Of a stretch of DNA of 64,000 nt, positions 23,301 to 33,560 are shown piece by piece. The position numbers and the translations under genes were made by a program. The notes under the pieces are model-generated. The model did not search any database. It was not told the DNA's origin and worked only from the letters and a program-made list of their open reading frames with translations. Each line of letters starts with the position of its first letter. Position 1 is the first letter of the stretch. Source of the DNA: Iphione sp. A-MEVVRFRX5 (taxonomy: Eukaryota). The DNA is taken from the NCBI GenBank assembly GCA_976226885.1, contig OZ320315.1, forward strand, positions 36,766,001 to 36,830,000, read 5' to 3'.

Positions 23301-26300
23301 CTGGTTATTTTTTTACAATTTGCAAATGGTGCAAGTTTTTGTTTTCCTGTTTCTTTTGCAAGTATTGTACAACACACACTTGATAAGTCCATATTCAAGT
23401 TATTATTATTATGGAAATCAGACATTCAAGGAGTTCAAAAGCTGCAGGATCATGATCTAAAACGTAAGCCTGTTATTGGGTCCTGTATATTTAAAGGCTT
23501 TGTTAATAAGGTTATGTTTTTTGAAAGTTTGTTGAGTTCTTGTTGGTTTTCAACCCCAAATAATGTAGAGCAGAAGACTATGTGGAAGGAAGACCGACAC
23601 CATAATTCCAACATCCAATGGCTTTAATCAGTATAGAACCGTTGCAGCTTCTACAAGCTTGCAAGCTTTCAAACCTCTCAAGGGTCTTCCTCAAGCTCGT
23701 GGGCAAAGTAGAACAAAGTAAAATAATGTCTCATTATCGCAATCCGGACCAATAATGACAGATATTTAATTGCTAAATTCTCTGTCATGTCCTATTACTA
23801 TTCGTTGCAGAACTTCTTCAATATACATGTAGGGACGCAACTATATCGCATTAACAATTGTCAAACCTTCGAAAAATAGAACTTATATGCTTCATTCACT
23901 TTCTGTTTCAGTTGAAATCCTTGTCTGAGAAGACGGTCCTCCTGCCGCACCACGTCTTTTATAACTTTACGTAACAAAGTATTTAGAAAGGAAACACATT
24001 TATAGCCTCTTTATTTCATTTTATTTTTAGCGGCCGTCAATAAAGTGTAGAGGACAAAAATTGCGTTATTGTTTATGTCTGCTGTAGAGGGTTATATGAT
24101 ATTATGGCGACTACAGGCCTTAGCATGAGTTTTGCTGTATTGCACTAAACCATCATGCAATACACTTCCATGGGAAAAAAAGGCAAGGAAGGGTTGGGGG
24201 GGGGCAAGTAGCAGGGTACCACACGGGCATAAAACAAGTAATATTTCCATGACTACCCCAAATGAACGGCTTTTGGAAAGGCCGTGCAACAATAACTCCT
24301 CAGGCTAGCCTGTGGCCGCCACCACCGACCCTACCAAAAAGAAGTATCCAGGCTCCAATCATTGACACCCATCTTGCAATGCTATACTCTAAGATGGAGC
24401 GACAGAGTACATGAAGAAATGAAGGTACGGATGAGCAATAGGGTATCATTTATGTGTGCAAACCATCAGGCCCAGACTATCTATTAAACACATACATGGT
24501 AGCAACCAAGAACAAAAGCTTGAGACTGGTAGAAAAGATAAAAAATGCACAACAGGAAATAACCGTAATAAGAGAAATATATTTACTTACCACAGAATGT
24601 ATGGCAAAATGTACATGTCAAGCATAGAGGGAATAATACTTTCCTAAAAAGTAAACTAGTCTTTAATTCATTTCAATACAAAAGCTGCAGAAATAACAGT
24701 GCATTTGACCCACAAAAATCACATCAAACTTAGTACATGAGATTAGTGATGTTAAGTAAATAAAACGGGAAAAAAAGACAAATGGAATTGGCAAGAACTT
24801 CAACAAATATCATACCCCAAAAAAACTTAATACTAAGCAAAACCAAAAATATACTTACATACTCAAATCTGTTCCATCCATTCCATGAGGCTCATTTAAT
24901 GGTCTACAAATGAAACAATATTGTGAAGGATCAACAATCATTAATAGATATACATTCAAGACACCTACAAATAAAAACAGCTTCCATTTTAAAAAAAGTG
25001 ACAACAAATACACACACAAAAAAAAGAATAGCCAGTAACATTAACAGATACATTCAATGATATAAACTACTTCTATTTCTGCACTTACATTTCAAAGTCT
25101 GAGCCATCAACTATAATTTCCTCTGGATCTGTATGGATGTGGTCATCAACAGGACTGCAATCACAGAACATATCTCACTATGAAAATATGGCAGTTGATT
25201 ATGTTAAGACAACCAGTATAACATTCTGAGCGGACTTCAAGTTTAATACATACATAGGTAGTTGACATGGTAACAGGCAGTAAAAGATACCTGTGTAAAG
25301 CATTGATAGGAATAAAAAGAATATTAACAAGAGTGTGGACCTATGAGGTCTATTGTCCCCCNNNNNNNNNNNNNNNNNNNNNNNNNNNNNNNNNNNNNNN
25401 NNNNNNNNNNNNNNNNNNNNNNNNNNNNNNNNNNNNNNNNNNNNNNNNNNNNNNNNNNNNNNNNNNNNNNNNNNNNNNNNNNNNNNNNNNNNNNNNNNNT
25501 TTACAAACACCTTGATTGGCACCTTGTTTTGGGGTTGGTTGGCTAGACTTGTTGAAGTCCTTCAGGTTTACAACTCTTGGTTCTGCATGACTGAGCAAAG
25601 CACCCTCAGTTCTACCTCACTGAGCACCAGACCTTTACAAACCCTCTGTTCTGCATGAGTGAGCACAGCTCCCATGGTTCTGCCTCACTAAGCACCAGAC
25701 TGTTACAAGCTGAAAGTGGTAGAGGGGAGATATTGGTGAGTGTGTATGTGCATGGTCAGACCTAGGAACCCCTGAACCAGGTATGTATGTTTGTAGGTGT
25801 GTTAGCAAAAGAATAAGATTAGTACAAATTTCACCTTCAAAAAACTTGGATTACTACCAGAATTACCCAGTGCCATGGGGCCATATATACCAATATCATA
25901 TATTAAAATCAGTTCTTTTCAGTGAAGGGTTTGAGACTTATAAGACCCACAAGAGTGTGACGGATGGTCGGGACACCAGCCTGTAGCATTCCTAATGTCC
26001 CCCCTTCTATGAGGCAGGGGACAATAAAATGTTTCAACACAACCACATCACATCGCATCTCTATACTCACATTTCTAAATGCATCTCTTCCTCGTCAAGT
26101 TCATCACTTGCAGACGGATCGGGGGGGACTGCAAATGAAACATATAGAGAAAAACTTACATACAAGCCAAGAATGAATCCTGATGTACAATTGACACCAA
26201 CACCCAATGACATAGCACATTGAAATGGCTAACCATTAACACACCAACATAAACCTCTGGCAGAAATATTAAGGTAAAAATATTTGGCTGTAAACAAATT

Positions 26301-28342
26301 AACACATGTAGCATTGGAGAATCTTCGGCTCAAAAAAAAACAAATACATACTCTTAATTCATAACCAACCCATTCATGGGAATATGTCCTACATTGACCA
26401 AATAGCAGCAACAACATGAGGTGACAAAAAATATTTGACCAAAATTACATCAAAAGATTGATGGGAATGAAGAGAATTAATCGAAAATGTCAACGCAACT
26501 ACCACACATCACTATACTCACATTTCAAAATTCATGCCATCAATTATGACATCCTCATCAAGTTCCTCATCAAGTTCCTCATCAAGTTCAGCACTTGCCA
26601 ACGGATCAGGGGGTCTGTAAATGAAAAATATATTGAAATGTTCAAATACAAACAAAGAATAAGTATTCATGAACCATTAGCACATAAAACCCAAAAAGAT
26701 ATGTCAATAAAATGAAAGACCACTTAGAGACAAACATACATTTCTGGCAGAAATAATGAAGTACATATATTGTTGCTAAAAACTATCAGCATGACCAACT
26801 ATATACAGTTCTCTTTCACATCCAAAATTATATATTATTTAATAAAATTTTGAAAATGAACAAAACAATAAACAGCTTTTCCATATGTAGAAAGTAGCAT
26901 GTCTAAATAACAATCAGAAGTAATTTAAAATGTATGTTATGCAAAAAACAACAGAAAAGTACATACACTTCAGCAGAAGCATCTTCAGAAACTAGTTCAG
27001 TTTCCGGTCGCCATCCTCTACAGAATAAAAGGAAAATTACATGAATGATTGTATTATATTAACAAAAAAAAACACTTGCTTTAAGCAAATGAATCAGGCA
27101 GTAAAAAAAGAACTAAAGAAATACAGTACATCTACAAAAAAAAAAATAAATAGTCTGTGAACCAATTTCAATGTGCAATAAAACATGATGACTGATATAT
27201 TCATGAAATCCCACGATAGATATAATACATTTGCATGGAGTACAGCCGGGATTACACATATCACACAAAATAACTACTTAAACTACACTAACCGGGCTTC
27301 ACACTCAGCTACGGCCTTTGCCGTCGCGGGGATTGGGTCTGGGTGGTCATCGGTCGGGCCGTGCCCACCAACAAAATGCTGTTAAAGAAAAAAGGTGAAA
27401 TTGTAAAGCTTATCTAACCATAATATTATTGCACACAAAAATTTTCTGACCCTTAGCATCATGTAGATTAGGTAAAATGACCTACACTAATCAATTAAAA
27501 ATTTCTGCTTGATAAACCTTCGAAAATACTTATGGAATTGAGTACAATATAAACATTTCCATGTTAAGACCACGACGAATAAATATGGAATTGATAAATG
27601 AATAGCAAGTACTTAAGCAGACTGGACCACTTGACAACATGATAAACACCTACAGTATTTGGCCCTTCATTACTTCATCAGGCAGACAAAACGTACAAAA
27701 AATGATTATAGAGTCACATTGCTTTGTTAAATAACTAGAATCTTACAGTAAGGGGGCATCAGTAAGACATTTTCACCATGACGTATTAAAGTTAAACAGA
27801 CACATGCAGAGAACATAGCCGACTTCACCGCTTGACAACATGATAAACGCCTACAGTATTTGGCCCTTCATTAGTTCATCAGGCAGAAAAAAACGTAAAA
27901 AAAAAATAAATGTGCCTTACTGACATCAGTACACATAAACATAATAATTGAGTTGACATACATTCAAATAAATTTGACCATCAGATGCAATCGACTCATT
28001 ATCCCCCCCCCTTCCAAAAAAATGGCGCCTACGTTCCACCGTGACATTTAGGAAATTAATCCACATGATATACAGACATCAAAAATAGGAAAAACATACA
28101 TTATGCATATCTATGTCATGTATAAAATCATGTACACTTACCACGGAACAAACAAAACGATGACGATCAATATCATCAACAACAAGATTATCCCGCCAAC
28201 GACCACACAGACGAATCCACCAGCGACATTTCCGTAGCTGAGTCTTCGGTTTGGGGAACGGAATAAATTCTATCCCGCCTTTCATGCGATCCGGATAACG
28301 GTTATCCCGTGGGCACGTACCCCATTCGCATAATTTCACCAT
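12099..28342 (-). CDS. THAP-HTH-DDE transposase (PIF/Harbinger/ISL2EU type), ~569 aa, with one 1-nt frameshift near the C-terminus
   Basis: Phase-consistent minus-strand exons: 28342-28142 (THAP start, MVKLCEWGTC...FIPFPKP...W...CGR...VCSV), 27378-27293 (HFVGGHGPTDDHPDPIPAT), 27017-26967, 26614-26522, 25154-25089, 24903-24859, 24643-24591 (ends phase 1) and 13212-12099 (phase-1 acceptor). The last exon holds the HTH (LSRLRKGLHFKDLAFRFGLS) and the catalytic ILDGTE / MADKGF / HVERAI motifs. The join across the 11.4-kb intron is inferred from phase and domain logic. Confidence 0.75.
16927..18973 (+). CDS. Orphan 177-aa protein with a basic, helical N-terminus
   Basis: Exons 16927-17161, 17477-17533, 18065-18272, 18940-18973 have canonical GT-AG ends and phases 1,1,2; total 534 nt ending in TGA. 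N-terminus MPPKKFLSIREKKAAH...EKERQRSKLHYERNREAILAKRKEKR. Confidence 0.7.
19048..19335. repeat. Tandem duplication, ~136-bp unit x2 plus a partial third copy
   Basis: attta(t/c)tccagttgtacatatttgtaatatagacataac... at ~19048 and ~19184, each copy containing a G-run. Confidence 0.8.
19940..20930. repeat. GA-rich purine simple-repeat tract interrupted by two assembly gaps
   Basis: Degenerate (GA/GGA/GAGG)n sequence flanking N runs at ~20122-20501 and ~20724-20878. Confidence 0.9.
21228..21407. repeat. Tandem repeat, ~64-bp unit x3
   Basis: tctaccacttgtcatgttgatccgcaatatgcgctactacatgcttcagtag occurs three times. Confidence 0.9.
21407..22197. repeat. Minisatellite, 80-bp unit x10
   Basis: ctttctgc(a/g)caaagtc recurs at exactly 80-bp spacing from 21421 to 22141. 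Confidence 0.95.
22595..23265 (+). CDS. 3' micro-exons of an orphan C4 zinc-finger-like protein; 5' end unresolved
   Basis: Exons 22595-22625, 22787-22877, 23078-23104, 23224-23265 splice in phase to ...DGTAPGSNDKCRACSWVHPLSQFYMGGILLLARHTYRTYVGPVYPRCLHCQMEWAIILSGGQ*, with two CxxC pairs, the second built across a junction. Another plus-strand micro-exon lies at 21094-21130. Confidence 0.55.
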
Positions 28343-28692
28343 GACTGATGGTTGTCAACTTGATAGATTACGGGGTAACAGACAAAATGCAAGGCGCCTA
28401 CAGACCGAACGTGCAGTGCGCGGCTATGAGTCACGGAGACAGAGTCAAGGACGTGTCGGACAGCCGTTAAGGACGGTGACGTAAAATGACCCGCTGTTAT
28501 AAAAATCATGTTGCCGCGGGTAGTCACGACGTAAAAGTTGCGCGGAGCTACAAAACTACCGCGTCGTATCTGGTGGTAGCGATCGGTGAGCGCCTTGGTA
28601 ATTCTTTTAATAAATTCAGAAGAAATGTAGTTTTTGCATTCCCTACAAAATAACACCAAAACCAATGATACTCGATGAGTCAACCCCCTTAA

Positions 28693-28814
28693 AGATGGTT
28701 TATGGTGTTTGATTTGAAAACCCGAGAATTTTGGCCAGAATCGCGAAGCGATATGGGCCAAAATTCGAGGGTTTGAGTGCTATGATTTTTCAGATCAAAC
28801 ACTAGCAACCATCT
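28693..28814. mobile_element. 122-bp TTAA-flanked mini-element with 8-bp TIRs (AGATGGTT), Kolobok-like MITE candidate
   Basis: TTAA at 28689-28692 and 28815-28818; ends AG...CT; terminal AGATGGTT/AACCATCT are reverse complements. Confidence 0.45.
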
Positions 28815-29146
28815 TTAAGGGATGTTCTTACAACAAATAACAAATAAACCTAGATTATCTTTGCCTTTTTCGGTGTTCCTCTACCTGTTGCGTCCTATGG
28901 CCGCCATTTTAGAAACTGTGCCGTACTGCTTTTGTAAGCTGTCTTTTCATTGGTTTTCGGTGTTACTTGTTATTTTTTCAATTAATTTTGTAGAAATTTA
29001 TAAAAACATAGGAATTTCAACTTTTCTAGACCTTTATTAAATACGTTTCATTTTAAAACATCAATATGATTTTTAATTGCAAATTCTCAACATAGCGTCC
29101 ATCTCTTCATCAAATGTACGGGACAACAGAGCGTATTTTTTTTTTT

Positions 29147-30781
29147 TTACTTATTCATGAACTGGATATTAAAAGTACAATTGTGGAGATTAGCTCCAGC
29201 CAAAATTCCCTTTACTGCTGATTCCGCCATTTGGACGAAATTTACATGCGTTTGACTTCCTGTCACGACATTCTCCTTTTGGCTTTGGACGATATCAGAA
29301 TCATCGGAATACGGCAAAGTGGCTGGCAAGAGACTAACATCATCCTCATCTTTTATGAGGTTAGAACCATAATTTGACAGAATATTAGACATTTCCATGC
29401 GTACCTTTTTAGTGGCATGTGACAAATATGGTTTCAGAGCAGATACATTTCGGTGCCCTGTTACTTTTTGTATGTTATGGACCGGAATACCCGCTTGATC
29501 TAAAGTGCTAACAGCGGTATGGCGGAGACAATGATTCGTGTAAACTCTTGAAAGTCCCGCCTCTTTTGAAATTTCCGACATCATACCGTATAATTTATTA
29601 GCCTCCATGCACATATTATCGTACCAACAATCAGAACTGTAAATATAGTTCCTGCGAGGGCGCTGAAAAAAAGCATCGCAATACGGATTTATATTTGCGA
29701 GATATTTGGATAACAAAAGAATCGCGCTTCAGTTCTCTTAATCCCTCTCTACCCGGCGCCCGAAATGCAACATAATGTTGAAGAAATTTTGTCGCATCAA
29801 CCCCAACGGACTGTCTGTGAATACCTTCCTATACAACTGATTTACATCTTCTGGCTCTATTTGCGCTTTATGGCTTGTTTTGTCAGCTCCTTCTCGTTTT
29901 ATCTTACTGACGTACCCCTGGTAAGCGAGGTTGGCCTGTCTGAACTTGCTATCGGTCATGATGTTAAAAGTTGCATTTACGGGGGGGGGAAGCCAGGTAA
30001 CATTGCAAGCCGCAACACAAATTCTTAATCGCTGATTTCAAATATAATTCATTGTTTGTTGTGCGTATCACAGTATAGAACTTTTCTAAGCTAGACGTTA
30101 GGGCTTCCTCACTGTAGTTTTCAAAGTCCGGCTGCTCTTTGACCTTGATTAGCCAGTCTGCAAGGAACGAATGAATTTTTTGAATATTTTCTCCCGGTTT
30201 TGGAGTCTGTATGTGATACCTGTAGCTTATGAAGACATCGGTATTTGTCTGAAAAAATGTCGATTTTACTTACCATGGAAGAGTTTAGTTGCCCATTTTG
30301 TTTGGAATTTGGTCGACTTAGACAGTCTGTTGTTCTTCATTGCATCGATCTCGCTTTGGGCTGGCATGTAGAAGCGCTTCTGGTTCTCGCTGTCATCTGT
30401 ACAAATGAAAATATGTGTAGATTTTAGTGTAATGTCCTTCGCATTTACTTTTTCCTATACAGTACAATTTGCACAAATTCGTCTCTTTTTTGTATCGGAA
30501 ATTGAATTATTTCTGTCAACCTTACCATTCTTGGGTGCATCCTCGGTGGAATCGTCTTCTTGCTCTTCCTCGTCAAAGTCCAAATTTATGTCGAAACTAG
30601 CAATGTCTGATGCTTCTATTTTCTTCATCTGGTAAGGTGCAGTCGTTGTTTTTTCTGACGTCGCAATAACCCTGATGTCGTATAAGTGGATGTTGCTTCC
30701 TGCTATGAAATATATCTTTTCAATCTGCGAAACTTTGTCATTGTATAGCATGTAATCGCCCACCTCGTAGGCCTCTGCCAT
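29147..30781 (-). pseudogene. Crypton-type tyrosine recombinase (DUF3504-like), 3 exons, disrupted
   Basis: Exons 30781-30526, 30396-30274 and 30157-29147 splice in phase 1. Motifs: KFQTKWATKLF, LEKFYTVIR...YLKSAIKNL, HFGRRGREGLREL (after a frameshift), AFFQRP, YTNHCLRHTAVSTL, VTGHRNVSALKPY. There is a +1 shift in a C-run (~29985), a shift at ~29750 and an apparent internal deletion at ~29715. Confidence 0.88.
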
Positions 30782-31548
30782 CTTGCACGTGTGGCAAATG
30801 CGATAAACATTCTTCTTCATCATTCTTTGTTTACACATGTGATACAGATTAACCAATAATTTCAACGCATTTCATCTCATATAATTATAAAACATATTAT
30901 GGCGTCACTTCCTTGGTTACGAATGTCATTTCCGCTGTATTTATCGATTTGTTTACGCCCTATGCGATTTCTTGCTCTAAAGATTGTATTGTACTTACTA
31001 TTATTCATTTATCTTATTTTCCGCATGAAAAATAATTAAGTGTGCAGGTTTAGACAATTTACATCTTTCGTAAGTCATCTCTTATTCATAAAAATGGTCT
31101 ATTATTTTCTTATCGAGTAGTTATAAAGTCAGCCATTTTGGATTTTAACTAACCAATAATATTACGTTTTACAAAAATCGAAGGTGTGTTTGTGTCCCCG
31201 GGACAATAACATCGCTTTGATCTAGTTTCTCTTATAAAGAGAATCACTGCATGAGTGTTAGAACAATTTGAAAAGCATGAACAACCACAGTCATTTTATA
31301 AGAAGCGTGCATGACACTTTGTTGTACCTTAAATTTTCGACTCTGACCTGGGTATCATAAAGTCTTTTTTTCAATGAACCTTTATACCTGGGTGGTAACC
31401 CTACAATTAATGACTTCTCCAGGTGTCTTCACACAAATAACACCCATCAACTTCCTATCCACAGCTCATACTGGGACCATCATGTTTATGAAGATTCCGA
31501 ATAAAGAAATTTGAATTTAAAAAAAAAGAAGATTCTGAATGAAGAAAT

Positions 31549-33560
31549 TTGAATTTGAATGAGGTGATTCATATCAGAGGGGACCAACTGACAAGAGACC
31601 ATCTTGAGTCAGCTATGCATTTGCGCAGCAGTAACAAGGATCCACAAGACAGGCTTGCCCACCTTGGACCAATCACCTGTGAATTTGTCCAGCTCATAAT
31701 GAACTTCATAGAAAAAGTGTTTTTGAGTCTGTCTGGAACAAGGAAGGTCCCATTGAAATTGGCACTCTGAGAGGTGAAAAAGAACAAATCATCAGAGATA
31801 CAGTTGACCCTGTGGTTGCAAAGGCGTCTGATGCTGACAATGACTTTATCCAGTCATTTGTTACAGCACACTATATGAAGGCAGTCCAAGATATCTTCAG
31901 GATGAAAAACCGTCATGATGCCCCATTGCATAATGTCCCTCCAAAATTTGAGAATCCAGAGGAGAAGTCAGTTTGGGTGCATGCAAAACTAGACTACATC
32001 ATCAATAAATATTTCTTCTCCTGTTGGAGTGCATATGACTGTAAAGAATCAAAATGTACAGGTGAGTGCTGTAGACAAACAAAGGGCACCCTCTACTGAG
32101 GACACAGGTAGGACTTTGATGAATGACTACAGTTAGCCAATCACCAAAGTGACAGCCACACCATTACTACATATTTGTTTATAATTTTTTTGGAAAATGT
32201 CACAATATACCACAATTAAACTGGACCACATTTTATCATGAAATCTCAATTAGAAAAAAATAAATCTGCAGAACCTGTTTTTTTAACGTTCATTGATCAG
32301 TTCATAGGGGAGATATCCACATTGGACAATAAAAAGTACACAAGTCTTCCATATTGTTTTAGGGTGTGTTTGCAGTGAAGCTTCTATGCTATATTCATTT
32401 GTCCATTAACAGAGTTTACACTGTATATCATATACTGCATAATACATGACTATGGGTGGCCAAATTCATAGGATTGTCTGTTATGGCATTATCAAATGTA
32501 AGACTAGTAAATAATTAACATCCACAAGACTAAACAAATAGTGTTAATTTAAAAAGTTCTTAAGTTTTTCTATGCATAGTGCAAACAAACTCACCAGGCA
32601 TTAAGTATTGATAAATTCAATGTGATCTATTTTGTATATTCAGGTGTGCAGTTATCAAAACAAGTTGTGGTTACTGCAGTGGCCGATGGTAAAAAGTCAA
32701 ACATTTTGATCCAAAAAGGGTAAGATTTCATATACATGATTTGATTTCTATTGTATGACAAAAAGTAATGTTTCAAAAGCTCAAATAATCATCCTTCAGA
32801 GATTTGCATCATGAACATCAGTAATTAACCTTACAATATACAAGGCACTAGTAAATACTGGATCATGTTGACAACATAGGTTTAAGTAGCATATGTAGTT
32901 TGCCTTTGTCACTCCCTCCTTTATTGTAAAATGGATGTCATTGTATCTTTTACCAGGAATATATTCACCTATCATCATGATAGCGTTCTTCCATATGCTC
33001 CTAGGGTAGCATACTACCATTTATTGAGAAAAGAGAGACCAGAATATCCTGGATTGCCCCTTCCTCTTATTTCAAATAGGTTTCTGGGGTCTTTTTGTGC
33101 ATAGAGGACAGGATTCTATACACCCATGGCCTTTTTATGAGTTGTGGATCACTCTGGGTTGGGGCTACAGCAAATCTGTCTGGTCATGATCAAGAGTCCC
33201 AGGCCTGGGATTAAACCTGTGACCTCTCAATCATCGGACCAGTGCTCTACCACTGAGCTAAATCCCCTCCCCATAGCTAATTGCCCTCCCCCATTCTCTG
33301 ATATTAATCTTAAAGAATTAACATATGTTAAAGTGTGCATATGTACATTTTATGAGAGAAAACAGTTCATATAATCAATGTACATTCAGATAAGATCTGC
33401 ACTTTGGTGCATATTGGTGCATGTTTATGCATCATGCCCGCTGAGGCGGATTCTCAATCTGCGTGCATGGGGTTAGGAACTATAGGCCAGCTTTCTATGT
33501 GTCTGGAGGTGTGCATGATGGTCCTGAGAATAAGCAAATTTTCTCGGTGACCACAGATGA
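31549..33560 (+). pseudogene. Decayed DUF6589-type (Academ/AcademH-like) transposase, central region
   Basis: IRGDQLTRDHLESAMHLRSSNKDPQDRLAHLGPITCEF followed by NDFIQSFVTAHYMKAV. Donor at ~32062, a phase-compatible exon at ~32644-32719, and degenerate VRNY...HDGP sequence at ~33470. The Academ assignment is recalled, not verified. Confidence 0.6.
33198..33260 (-). mobile_element. tRNA-derived SINE head remnant
   Basis: The reverse complement reads tagctcagtggtagagcactgg...ggtttaatcccaggcc, with an A box and a degenerate B box but no intact cloverleaf. Confidence 0.6.

Larger units (their letters stand above)
6930..28690. mobile_element. Large ISL2EU-like (PIF/Harbinger-related) DNA transposon locus; ends approximate, TIRs and TSD not resolved
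   Basis: A THAP-HTH-DDE (DDE_Tnp_4-type) transposase gene and a SWIM/YqaJ exonuclease gene occur on opposite strands, the diagnostic gene pair of ISL2EU/IS4EU elements. An imperfect inverted motif lies at 6966-6998 and 28454-28490. Confidence 0.7.

Noticed and set aside
15168-25658. ORF-track entries containing long X runs
   Set aside because: Artefacts of translating N gaps and GA/CT simple repeats.
26071-26128. Additional transposase micro-exon
   Set aside because: It is 58 nt long (seven-C run) and would introduce a stop in phase 2. Treated as a degenerate duplicate unless the homopolymer is a sequencing error.
28336-28761. 141-aa minus-strand ORF upstream of THAP
   Set aside because: It covers the promoter-like region that is duplicated at 10366-10540 without frame conservation, and has no recognisable motif.
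33198-33260. Functional tRNA gene
   Set aside because: The B box is degenerate and the acceptor and anticodon stems do not pair; better explained as a SINE head.
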